The notes: generated by a model from the sequence alone, not told the origin. Positions 19,045 through 27,863 are shown, numbered from the stretch's first letter. The stretch: 64,000 nt of DNA from Candidatus Nanopelagicales bacterium (GCA_023260395.1 JALQVI010000002.1:1867-65866); one strand, 5' to 3'. Numbers and translations: made by a program.

Positions 19045-21942
19045 ATGTCCAGTTCGCGCGAGCCTTCGTTGCAAGCTCGGCTTGCCCGGCTTGGGTTTGC
19101 CGACACAGAAGGTAGTGCCGTAGTTGTTGCTGAGCATCCAATACTTGATCAGCACATCGACAATATTCGTGCCGCGGCTGATCCTGACTTGGCGCTTCGT
19201 ACGCTAGGGCAACTCATTGATACCGGCGCGATTGATGTTTCTTCGTGGGAGGAACGTCAGTGGCAAAATGTCACAAATCTCTGCGGGGCCTCAAGTGCGC
19301 TCGGCGAGCATCTAGTTCGCCATCCATTACACGTTGCCTATGTTGCAAACGTTCACACTTTGCCGACACGACAATCAATGTTCGAATCTATTCGGTCTGC
19401 AGTTAATGGAAGTGGATGGAATGAAGCTCTCGTTCAACTTCGGATTTCCTACCGTAAAGAAGTAAGTGCAATTGCTGCTCTCGATGTGGCTGCTGTACAG
19501 GACAGTGTTGAGTTACTTCCTGCAATTGCCTATGCGCTTTCTGATTTAGCGGATGCAATTATTGCAGTTGCTCTTGAGTTGGCGCGCGACAACGTCCCGG
19601 GCGGGCATGATGTTGAATTTGCCGTAATTGCCATGGGCAAATGTGGCGCTCGTGAATTGAACTATGTCAGTGATGTTGACGTAATTTTTGTTGCTGAACC
19701 CGCGAGCGAAATTGCAACGGAATTAGCCAAGTTGGTCATGAGTGCGTGTTCGTCCGTTACGCCTGAAGGTGTTATTTGGGAAGTGGACGCAGCATTGCGA
19801 CCCGAAGGCAAATCTGGAGCGCTAGTTCGTACCGTTGAAAGCCATGTTGATTATTACAGTCGCTGGGCGCAGAGTTGGGAATACCAAGCACTGTTGAAAG
19901 CCCGATTCATGGCTGGCGATCAAAGCATTGGCGAATCTTTCGTTAATTCCGTAGCACCATTCGTCTGGGAAGCTGCCGGACGCGAAGGCTTTATCGAGTC
20001 GGTTCAAGCAATGCGAGAACGCGTTACTGATCTCATCCCGGCAAAGGAAGCAGATCGAGAGTTGAAGTTAGGTCGCGGGGGATTGCGCGACGTTGAGTTT
20101 GCCGTGCAGTTACTTCAAATGGTTCATGGCAGAACCGATGATTTGGTGCGCAACTCCAATACGCTTCAAGCACTTGAGCAGTTAGCTGGCTGGGGATATG
20201 TCGGCCGCGAAGATGCAAGTGCTTTAGCCCACGCGTATCGATTCCTTCGCACGCTTGAACACCGAATTCAACTTACGCGTATGCGTCGCACACACATTTT
20301 GCCAACGGATGAAGATGAGTTGCGACGTCTTGGTCGCTCGATGGGGTACCTACTTGATCCCGTAGCTGAACTGACAAAGGAATGGCGTAAGCATGCGCGT
20401 GAAGTTCGGCGAATTCACGAGAAGTTGTTCTATCGACCCCTCCTTGAAGCAGTTGCACGACTGGACAGTGCTGATGCGCGTCTCACGCCAGATGCCGCAA
20501 GGGTGCGTTTTCAAGCGCTTGGTTACCGCGATCCAGATGGAGCACTGCGCCACATTGAGGCATTGACCTCTGGAGTTTCACGCCGAGCAGTGATCCAGCG
20601 AACGCTGTTGCCGGTGTTGTTGGAATGGTTTGCGTTGACGCCTGATCCAGATGCGGGCTTGCTGGGTTTCCGTAAAGTTTCAGATGCATTGGGCACAACT
20701 CCGTGGTATTTGAGATTGCTTCGTGATGAAACTGTCACCGCTGAACGACTCGCAATCCTTTTAGGGTCAAGCAAGTACGTCACTGAGCTGCTACTCAAAG
20801 CCCCTGAGGCGGTCAACATCCTTGCGGATGAAGCGACATTGCAACCGCGAACTCGTGATGAATTAATCACTGAGGCGCAAGCTATTGCTGGTCGCTATGA
20901 CGAACCAGCCAGTGCAGTGGCCGCTTTGCGTGCGATGCGACGTAGGGAATTGTTCAGAATCAGTGCTGCCGAAGTACTCGGGCTTATTGACATTGAAAAA
21001 GTTGGTTCGGGATTAACGGACGTCACCGATGCGGTTATCGGGGGAGCGATACAAGCAATTTCAGCCACCATTGAGAAGCCACCTGCGTTCGCGGTTATTG
21101 CTATGGGGCGTTATGGCGGAGGTGAATTGGGTTTTGGTAGTGACGCCGATGTGATGTTTTGTTTCGATGATTCACAGGATGCAGAATCATCAGGTGCTAG
21201 CGCTCACAAACTGGCGAATGAACTTCGCAGATTGCTCATGGCTCCAAGTACAGATCCAGAACTCGTAATTGATGCTGACCTTCGGCCCGAAGGTAAGAAT
21301 GGCCCTATGGTGCGCAGCCTGGCGTCATTTGGTGCGTATTACGAACGCTGGTCTGCGGGTTGGGAAACCCAGGCGCTCTTGCGGGCCGAATTAGCAGCAG
21401 GGGATGCGCAACTTGGTCAAGCTTTCACGCAGCTCATTGATCCAATTCGCTATCACAAAGACGGTTTGAGTGAAAAGGCGCTTTTCGAGATTCGTCGTTT
21501 GAAAGCTCGCATGGAGTCTGAACGCTTACCTCGTGGTGTTGAGCCGACTTTTCACACAAAATTAGGTCCAGGTGGACTCTCCGATGTTGAGTGGGTAGCG
21601 CAAATTATTCAAATGCAACATGGCCATGCATCACAGACACTTCGAACGACTCGAACGTTGCCGGTGCTTCGCGTAGCGGTTGAGTTAGGTCTTATCGCCG
21701 AACAGGACGCACAAAGTTTGATTGATTCGTGGACACTTGTCACGCGAGTGCGTAACACGATCATGTTGGTCAAGGGTCGTTCCTCTGATGTTGTACCCAA
21801 AGATCCGATGGAGTTATCGCGCATCGCTCAATCAATGGGATATGGGCCTCGTGCTGGTCAGCAACTCATGGATGACTATTTACGCACCACTCGTAGAGCG
21901 CGCTCAGTTGTGATGCGATTGCTTTACGGACAGCCGGGCTAA
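19045..21942 (+). CDS. glnE: Bifunctional glutamine synthetase adenylyltransferase / adenylyl-removing enzyme
   Basis: Two nucleotidyltransferase halves are present (..GRGGLRDVEF.. and ..GPGGLSDVEW..). ATG 19045 lies 2 nt after the GATase stop, and the longer ORF-track N-terminus overlaps the upstream gene. Confidence 0.9.
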   Translation: MSSSREPSLQARLARLGFADTEGSAVVVAEHPILDQHIDNIRAAADPDLALRTLGQLIDTGAIDVSSWEERQWQNVTNLCGASSALGEHLVRHPLHVAYVANVHTLPTRQSMFESIRSAVNGSGWNEALVQLRISYRKEVSAIAALDVAAVQDSVELLPAIAYALSDLADAIIAVALELARDNVPGGHDVEFAVIAMGKCGARELNYVSDVDVIFVAEPASEIATELAKLVMSACSSVTPEGVIWEVDAALRPEGKSGALVRTVESHVDYYSRWAQSWEYQALLKARFMAGDQSIGESFVNSVAPFVWEAAGREGFIESVQAMRERVTDLIPAKEADRELKLGRGGLRDVEFAVQLLQMVHGRTDDLVRNSNTLQALEQLAGWGYVGREDASALAHAYRFLRTLEHRIQLTRMRRTHILPTDEDELRRLGRSMGYLLDPVAELTKEWRKHAREVRRIHEKLFYRPLLEAVARLDSADARLTPDAARVRFQALGYRDPDGALRHIEALTSGVSRRAVIQRTLLPVLLEWFALTPDPDAGLLGFRKVSDALGTTPWYLRLLRDETVTAERLAILLGSSKYVTELLLKAPEAVNILADEATLQPRTRDELITEAQAIAGRYDEPASAVAALRAMRRRELFRISAAEVLGLIDIEKVGSGLTDVTDAVIGGAIQAISATIEKPPAFAVIAMGRYGGGELGFGSDADVMFCFDDSQDAESSGASAHKLANELRRLLMAPSTDPELVIDADLRPEGKNGPMVRSLASFGAYYERWSAGWETQALLRAELAAGDAQLGQAFTQLIDPIRYHKDGLSEKALFEIRRLKARMESERLPRGVEPTFHTKLGPGGLSDVEWVAQIIQMQHGHASQTLRTTRTLPVLRVAVELGLIAEQDAQSLIDSWTLVTRVRNTIMLVKGRSSDVVPKDPMELSRIAQSMGYGPRAGQQLMDDYLRTTRRARSVVMRLLYGQPG

Positions 21943-21948
21943 ATCGGG

Positions 21949-23409
21949 TTAGGGCTCTGCGACAACGCGAAACTGAGTCATGTCTGGCGAAGCGCCACCA
22001 CGCACATGACCATAAGGCTGGGCGATGGTGCCTTGTAAAAATGCGATGGTTTCCGCGCTGATGCGTTCACCTGGCAACAAATTGGGAATGCCCGGCGGAT
22101 AAGCCGCAACTGAATCAGCTGAAACTCGACCGACTGCCTGCGCAGCGGAAACAACCTCAGTCTTGGCAAAGTAGGCATCTCGCACGATGGAGACACGTTG
22201 CCCGGCTGGCGGTAGCTCTAATGCAATACCTGCTCCATCGGCGCGCAACGGCAACGCGTGTAATGCCGCCAAGGTACGTTCAACATCAGGAGTTGCGCCA
22301 GCGCCAACCAAAAGAACGAGAGTTGAATGTGTCGCAATCTCGCAGTGAACTCCGAAGTCATTAAAGAGAATTGACCGCGCTTCATGTCCAGAAATTCCAC
22401 CACTCAAAGTATTCAAAGCAATGCGCAGTGGATCAATGTCAATGACATCGTCAAATGTCATCAAATGTGCCGCGATGTCATAGAAGCGTCCATCGCTAGC
22501 AATACCTTCACGCAATGCCGTCATGCATTCAAGTGTTGCCGGAATGGATTCCGGGCCGCGAGTAACGATTTCTTTGCGTGCGATGTCTAGCGATGCCGTG
22601 AGCAGGGCGCTTGCGCTGGTGGACTGTAACGATTTGAAGGCACGATCCAACAGCGGTTCAAGCACGTCTGAAAATTCACCGTGTCCAAGATGAAGCATGG
22701 CTGATTGCGTCAAGCTGCCGGCAAGTTTGTGGGTGCTGCTAATGACAATATCGGCGCCTAGTCGAATGGCGTTTGCTGGTAACTCCGGGTGGAAGCCAAA
22801 ATGCGCACCCCAGGCTTCGTCAACAATCAATGGGATTCCGTGTGAATGTGCGACATCTGCCAGCGCCGATACGTCAGCCACTGCGCCGAAATAACTAGGA
22901 GTGACTACGTAGGCTGCAACTGGCGACCCTGAGCATTGAATAGCCAGTTCTAGTGCCGCAGGTGTAACACCATTAGCGATACCCAATTCCTTATCAACGG
23001 ATGGGTAAACAAATTCAGCGTCGAATCCAGTCAACCCAAGTCCATCAATCACGCTGGAATGGACACTTCGTTGTACAACAATTTTTGTACCGAGGTTTCG
23101 AGTGGCAAGGCAGGCCATCAAGTTGCCTTTAGATGCTCCGTTGGTCAGGAACCATGTCTTTCGTGCACCCCATGCATCAGCTGCAAGTTCCAGAGATTCG
23201 TCCAGAGGTGTTGGGTAGGTTCCGTAATCGATTCCGTCAACGAACGGCTGTACATCTCGAGCCAAGATGTCATGTCCAAAGAAATCTGCCAAGTCACTGT
23301 GTGCCTGTAGTTGAACTTGATGGCCAGGGGTGTTCATGCGAACCAGCGAACGATCGCCATATGCACGAACAGCATCGGCGTATGGCGTACGAGTGTGGTC
23401 CAACCTCAT
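21949..23409 (-). CDS. PLP-dependent Orn/Lys/Arg decarboxylase family protein
   Basis: The PLP-lysine motif SSTHKLAGSLTQSAML is typical of the SpeA/YaaO-type decarboxylase major domain. 486 aa. Confidence 0.8.
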   Translation of the reverse strand: MRLDHTRTPYADAVRAYGDRSLVRMNTPGHQVQLQAHSDLADFFGHDILARDVQPFVDGIDYGTYPTPLDESLELAADAWGARKTWFLTNGASKGNLMACLATRNLGTKIVVQRSVHSSVIDGLGLTGFDAEFVYPSVDKELGIANGVTPAALELAIQCSGSPVAAYVVTPSYFGAVADVSALADVAHSHGIPLIVDEAWGAHFGFHPELPANAIRLGADIVISSTHKLAGSLTQSAMLHLGHGEFSDVLEPLLDRAFKSLQSTSASALLTASLDIARKEIVTRGPESIPATLECMTALREGIASDGRFYDIAAHLMTFDDVIDIDPLRIALNTLSGGISGHEARSILFNDFGVHCEIATHSTLVLLVGAGATPDVERTLAALHALPLRADGAGIALELPPAGQRVSIVRDAYFAKTEVVSAAQAVGRVSADSVAAYPPGIPNLLPGERISAETIAFLQGTIAQPYGHVRGGASPDMTQFRVVAEP

Positions 23410-24359
23410 TACCGGTCAACAGAACTTTCGTAGATGGCAACTGCTGCAGCGAGATCTTCGAGTGCGGTTCCCACTGACTTAAAGAACGTTGTGTCGGCGT
23501 CATTCTCTCGTCCAGTAATTGTACCGCGACACAAATCATGTAAGTCCCCGAGAATGTGCTCTTCGGTAATGATCCCGTCGGCAAGCGGCATGGCGATGTC
23601 GCCGCCTTCGTGGGTTGCACCCCAACGAGTATCGCAATAAACCTTTGCCATGCGAACAAGTTCGTCATCGGTTTCGCGTCGGGTTGGAGTGAATGCGCCA
23701 ACGGAGTCCACATGCGTTCCTGGTTTTAGCCATTTACCAAAAACCAGGGGAGTCATGGACAGAGTAGCTGTCGAAACAATATCACTTTTTCCAACGGCAC
23801 TAACGAGATCTGGATGAGCAGTGACAGGCAAGCCTTCGGCTTGCAACTCTTCGGCAAGTAGGTGTGCCTTACGAATGTTGTGGTTCCACAGGTGTACTTC
23901 AGTAATGGGACGAACTGCCATATGGGCTCGAATCATGAATGGGGCTAGCGCACCGGTGCCCACCATGGTCAGCACGGAACTTTCGGGACGCGAGAGAAAG
24001 GTGCTGGCCAAAGCCGAGGCGGCTGAAGTGCGCCATACAGTCATTCGCGTGCCATCCATGGTGGCTAGTGGCTGGCCAGTTTCGCCATCAATCAAGTAGT
24101 ACAGGCCATGGATGCTAGGCAGATTATGAAGATCGGCATTGGCTGGGTGACTGGTGACGACCTTGATTCCGGCATATTGTTTTTCGGCAGGTCCAGTCCA
24201 CGAAGGCATCAAAAGCAGGTATTTTTCGGGAGATTCCGACATCGTCAAATGAATACGGTTTGGCGTTGACCATTCAGCTTTAAAGGCCTCGCCAAGTGTG
24301 TGGACGAGGTTGTCAAAGGTCAAAAGGCTATCGATTTGGCTTGCATCAAAATGTTTCAT
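23409..24359 (-). CDS. Ornithine cyclodeaminase / mu-crystallin family NAD(P) enzyme
   Basis: 316 aa with a Rossmann motif MVGTGALAP and family-typical flanks. GAGGAG lies 9 nt upstream. Its stop overlaps the decarboxylase start (TAATG). Confidence 0.8.
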   Translation of the reverse strand: MKHFDASQIDSLLTFDNLVHTLGEAFKAEWSTPNRIHLTMSESPEKYLLLMPSWTGPAEKQYAGIKVVTSHPANADLHNLPSIHGLYYLIDGETGQPLATMDGTRMTVWRTSAASALASTFLSRPESSVLTMVGTGALAPFMIRAHMAVRPITEVHLWNHNIRKAHLLAEELQAEGLPVTAHPDLVSAVGKSDIVSTATLSMTPLVFGKWLKPGTHVDSVGAFTPTRRETDDELVRMAKVYCDTRWGATHEGGDIAMPLADGIITEEHILGDLHDLCRGTITGRENDADTTFFKSVGTALEDLAAAVAIYESSVDR

Positions 24360-24387
24360 TTATTGGTACTCCTCACTTCCAAGGCTA

Positions 24388-24397
24388 CTGACGTCAG
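24388..24397. promoter_or_regulatory. Perfect 10-bp palindrome CTGACGTCAG abutting the bioY -10 (candidate operator)
   Basis: Read directly from the sequence. It ends 1 nt before TAGTGT (24399-24404). Confidence 0.35.
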
Positions 24398-24398
24398 G

Positions 24399-24404
24399 TA
24401 GTGT
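24399..24404 (+). promoter_or_regulatory. -10-like TAGTGT, 7 nt before bioY ATG 24412 (leaderless candidate)
   Basis: The arrangement is TAGTGT-tttgtgc-ATG. No SD is present. Confidence 0.45.
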
Positions 24405-24411
24405 TTTGTGC

Positions 24412-24990
24412 ATGAGTACACACATCGCACGACCTGTCGTAGTTGATTCATGGGCGCAAAAGTCCGCTGTAAAGAACGTCACACTCGTTCTTGGCCTCGT
24501 TGTCTTGACGGCAATCTGTGCACAAGTTTCGATTCCTTTGCCGCATACCGATGTTCCGTTGACGTTGCAGACCTTTGCAGTTTTAGGTGGCGCCGCCGCA
24601 GTTGGTGCACAGCGAGCTGTTATCGCTCAAACACTTTATGTTGGCTTGGCACTGCTTGGCGTTCCTGTATTAGCCGAGGGTTCCGCAGGCAAAGACGTCG
24701 TTTTTGGTGTCACTGGCGGCTACCTCGTTGGCTTTATTGCCGCTTCATATGTTGTAGGCCGTATCGCACAACGTGGCGCGACTCATAATGTTGCCTCGAC
24801 CGCACTTGCATACGTTGCAGGATCGGCCGTTATCTACACCTTGGGTGTTGGCTGGCTTGCACACTCCACTGGAATGACGATTTCGGCAGCCATTACTGCA
24901 GGAATGACGCCTTTCTTGATTGGTGATGCCTTGAAGGCACTCGTTGCCGGCGCTGCGCTTCCTGCAGCATGGAAGCTTGCCAATAAGTAA
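24412..24990 (+). CDS. bioY: Biotin transporter BioY
   Basis: BioY-like membrane protein (..IPLPHTDVPLTLQTFAVLLGGAA-like.., ..GGYLVGF..). ATG 24412 was chosen because the ORF-track N-terminal extension overlaps the divergent upstream gene. Confidence 0.85.
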   Translation: MSTHIARPVVVDSWAQKSAVKNVTLVLGLVVLTAICAQVSIPLPHTDVPLTLQTFAVLGGAAAVGAQRAVIAQTLYVGLALLGVPVLAEGSAGKDVVFGVTGGYLVGFIAASYVVGRIAQRGATHNVASTALAYVAGSAVIYTLGVGWLAHSTGMTISAAITAGMTPFLIGDALKALVAGAALPAAWKLANK

Positions 24991-25005
24991 TTATTCGTTC
25001 AACTA

Positions 25006-25045
25006 TTAGGCCCGCAATCTTGAGAAAGATTGCGGGCCTAATTTT
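25006..25045 (+). terminator. Rho-independent terminator after bioY
   Basis: TTAGGCCCGCAATCTT-gaga-AAGATTGCGGGCCTAA forms a 16-bp perfect stem followed by TTTT. Confidence 0.9.
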
Positions 25046-25122
25046 GTCAGTGGTCGTTGCTTTAATGGTTCAGCGAGCCCACGAGGGCAAAGCTGCCAAA
25101 TGCTGGTAATGTTGCTGAAACA

Positions 25123-25134
25123 CAACATATGTTG
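25123..25134. promoter_or_regulatory. Perfect 12-bp palindrome CAACATATGTTG (candidate operator)
   Basis: Read directly from the sequence. It lies 17 nt upstream of GTG 25152, next to an XRE-family regulator gene. Confidence 0.3.
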
Positions 25135-25151
25135 GACGGGAATAATTTCAG

Positions 25152-25433
25152 GTGATTGAACTTGCGCTACGGGATGAGCCGATAGCCCCTTATGTCGAGC
25201 GCTTACCTGGGCCAATTGTTCGTCTGAACTTGGCCGCAACAGATCACTTAGCTGATGCCTTTGTTATGTGTAGTGCAGATCTTATGCAGGCAATCGAATG
25301 GGCGCTTACTGCAATTTACTCTGCAGAAGAGGCGCCCAGTCGAGTGTTCGTGCGTAATGCCAATGGCATGGAAACCGTAACGATGATTGATCCATGCCTG
25401 GCTTATGGCTTACAAGCGATCGTTCGCCCCTAG
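25152..25433 (+). CDS. Hypothetical protein (93 aa), no family recognised
   Basis: An open frame with window-like codon usage and a GTG start but no obvious SD. Its 3' end overlaps the convergent XRE gene by 24 nt. Confidence 0.35.
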   Translation: MIELALRDEPIAPYVERLPGPIVRLNLAATDHLADAFVMCSADLMQAIEWALTAIYSAEEAPSRVFVRNANGMETVTMIDPCLAYGLQAIVRP

Positions 25434-25667
25434 GATTTCAAGAGCCTTCAAAACATCTGCTGGTGAAGCTTTGAGCGCGCGGCACAAGTCTGGAAGTAGT
25501 GCAACGCTTGGACGGGTCTCGAGTGAGAAGTAGCGGTAAAGATTTCCGCGGTTGATGCCGATTTCGTTAGCGACTTCTTCAAGTGAGTTGTAGCCAAGCT
25601 TTTCCATGCGGGCCCGCAACCAAACTAGACCGGTGATGTTTGTGTTTCGTGACTTTGTTGATGCCAT
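25410..25667 (-). CDS. XRE-family helix-turn-helix protein (85 aa)
   Basis: HTH core ..LEEVANEIGINRGNLYRYFS... AGGAGC lies 9 nt upstream of the ATG. Confidence 0.7.
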   Translation of the reverse strand: MASTKSRNTNITGLVWLRARMEKLGYNSLEEVANEIGINRGNLYRYFSLETRPSVALLPDLCRALKASPADVLKALEILGANDRL

Positions 25668-25858
25668 GTGAATAGTGCTCCTGGTGTATTTCGGTGGTGA
25701 TTAGTTCGTAGCGTTTTCTTAATGTCACCTAAAAGACGCATGTTTGACTCAATAAAAATAACACCAACAAATCGCAGTTGCAGTATTTAAGCGTTAGAGA
25801 ATGTTAAATCTGCGTTAACCAACTTTGTAGATTGGTCCTTACTGGTCAGTATCGGACA

Positions 25859-27088
25859 TTACTCGTTAGTAGATTCCAAATCGACCAACGCCTGGGACTT
25901 TTCAATTTCTGACAGAGGTCGATCTGCTTCTTGTAGTCGAGGCGCAGCAAATGTCCAAATGAATGTTGCTGAAGACGCTAAGGCAAGGCTCACACCAGCA
26001 AGTGCAAAACGCGGCGCAATGTGATCGACGATGTATGCGCCCATTGCTGTACCCAAAGCTAACGTTGTGCCTTCAACCGTCCACAGCCATGCCTGCGCGG
26101 AGGTGGCTGAACCCACAGGGCGAACAGCTTCGACAACTTCCCAGTGATAAACCATAGCAAATCCGATAGCTAATCCAATTCCAGCTAGTGCGACACCCAT
26201 CGACCATCCAGGGTGAGTGAATGCCAATGGAGCTGCGCTCACCGTGACGAACAGACTCGACATTTTGAAGCCGCGCAGGGGAGTCACTGCATTCTTTCGC
26301 CCGCCGATGATGAGGCCGCCGATGATGCTGGTGGATGCCAAAGTGGCGACCAGAGGTGCAGATAGTTCGGGCCGATTAACGGTCGTTGCTATAGAAGGAA
26401 TGGAAATCTCTAGGAGTCCCCAACCCACACCAAAAATAGCGCCTTCGATAGCCAAAATTTGGAACCGCTTATCTTTAAGGACTGCAAATGCTCCACCATT
26501 GTGCGGTTCTGGCACCCAGTTGCGGGAAAGTGGCATCGAGATCATGGCGATGCCACCGATGAGCATGAATGAGGCGGTAAGCCAGAGCTCCTGTTGTGCG
26601 CCGATGTTCAATGCAACATACGTAGCGATGACTGGACCTAGAACAACGGTGGCGTTCATCAAAGTCGTATCTAGTGCGTAAGCAGTGCGCAGATTCTCAG
26701 CGCCTACTGCGTCGCGCCACAAAGGGCGGGCTGAAAGATTAATCGGTGGGGAAGATAGTCCGATGAGAGCGCTAACGAAAATGATTGCCGCAGGACTGTG
26801 TACTTGACTGAGTAGAACCATCGTTAGTGCCCACGATGGAATGAAGAGGCTCAGGGGTTTGGTTTGGCCGAACTTGTCAATGGCTTGTCCACGCAATCCC
26901 GCCGTCAAGCTTGATGCGATGGTTTCCGCGCCTGTTGCCAGTCCCGCCACTGTGATTGAACCAGTGGCTTCGTGAACATAAAAATACGTGGCAAGAGCAA
27001 TCATTGCGTATGCGAGTCGACCTGGCAGCGTACTGGCTACCAATCGCTTTACACCAGGTATTTGGAGTAACTTCAGGTAACTTCGCAT
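25859..27088 (-). CDS. MFS transporter
   Basis: 409 aa with about 12 hydrophobic segments. Confidence 0.75.
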   Translation of the reverse strand: MRSYLKLLQIPGVKRLVASTLPGRLAYAMIALATYFYVHEATGSITVAGLATGAETIASSLTAGLRGQAIDKFGQTKPLSLFIPSWALTMVLLSQVHSPAAIIFVSALIGLSSPPINLSARPLWRDAVGAENLRTAYALDTTLMNATVVLGPVIATYVALNIGAQQELWLTASFMLIGGIAMISMPLSRNWVPEPHNGGAFAVLKDKRFQILAIEGAIFGVGWGLLEISIPSIATTVNRPELSAPLVATLASTSIIGGLIIGGRKNAVTPLRGFKMSSLFVTVSAAPLAFTHPGWSMGVALAGIGLAIGFAMVYHWEVVEAVRPVGSATSAQAWLWTVEGTTLALGTAMGAYIVDHIAPRFALAGVSLALASSATFIWTFAAPRLQEADRPLSEIEKSQALVDLESTNE

Positions 27089-27135
27089 GGTGTCTAACTT
27101 CTAGCCCGGTTGGATTTTTAGGATACTGCATGTCC

Positions 27136-27141
27136 TAGGCT
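27136..27141 (+). promoter_or_regulatory. -10-like TAGGCT, 7 nt before GNAT ATG (leaderless candidate)
   Basis: The arrangement is TAGGCT-tctcatt-ATG(27149). Confidence 0.45.
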
Positions 27142-27148
27142 TCTCATT

Positions 27149-27595
27149 ATGAGTGAATTATCAATTGTTCGTGCCACTGCCGAAGATGTGGATGTATTGC
27201 ATCCATTGGTTGAGGCCTACCGTGATTTTTACAAGCAGGCGCCGAACGACAAGACCGCTCCGTATCTATCAGACCGACTCGCTAACAACGAGCTCATCGG
27301 CTGGATTGCTTACCTCGATGGCGCTCCAGTTGGTTTCTCCATTGTGTATCCAACGTTCTCAACTGTTTCGTTGAGTAAAATCTGGTTGCTCAACGACTTG
27401 TTCGTAACTCCTGCAGCTCGTGGCCACAAGGTAGCCAGCCAGATTATGCAGGTCGTCGAAGACGCGGCACGTGAAGCAGGCGCGACTCGTGTGTTCTTGC
27501 GTACTGCAAATGACAACACTGCGGCACAAGCGCTTTACGAAGGTCGCGGTTGGGTGCAGGACACCGTGTTTCGCCGGTACGACCTAATTTTCTAA
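27149..27595 (+). CDS. GNAT-family N-acetyltransferase
   Basis: 148 aa with an acetyl-CoA motif region ..LFVTPAARGHKVASQIM.. (R/Q-x-x-G-x-A/G-like). Confidence 0.8.
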   Translation: MSELSIVRATAEDVDVLHPLVEAYRDFYKQAPNDKTAPYLSDRLANNELIGWIAYLDGAPVGFSIVYPTFSTVSLSKIWLLNDLFVTPAARGHKVASQIMQVVEDAAREAGATRVFLRTANDNTAAQALYEGRGWVQDTVFRRYDLIF

Positions 27596-27602
27596 GAAGA
27601 AA

Positions 27603-27854
27603 TTAGAGCTTTCCGATCTCAGCTAACTTGGCACGAAGCTCAGGGTCACTGGGTTCGGTCAGGTGAGTTCCATCTGGAAAAACGATTACGGGGATGGACT
27701 GTGCGCCGCCGTTAATTTCAACGACTTTGTCGGCTGCGCCATCTACGTCCTCGATATTGATGTACGTGTAATCAACGTTCAATTCTTTGAGTAGCCGTTG
27801 CGATCGTACGCAGTCACCGCACCACTGGGCGCCATACATGGTTATTTCACTCAT
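27603..27854 (-). CDS. Glutaredoxin/mycoredoxin-like thioredoxin-fold protein (active site CGDC)
   Basis: 83 aa with ..YGAQWCGDCVRS.. followed by ..SIPVIVFPDG... It starts 9 nt after the S9 peptidase stop. Confidence 0.7.
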   Translation of the reverse strand: MSEITMYGAQWCGDCVRSQRLLKELNVDYTYINIEDVDGAADKVVEINGGAQSIPVIVFPDGTHLTEPSDPELRAKLAEIGKL

Positions 27855-27863
27855 GTAGTCATG

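Noticed and set aside
24298-24411. N-terminal extension of bioY overlapping the OCD-family gene start
   Set aside because: BioY-like sequence begins at MSTHIA (ATG 24412), which has leaderless -10 geometry. The extension overlaps the divergent gene and its SD.
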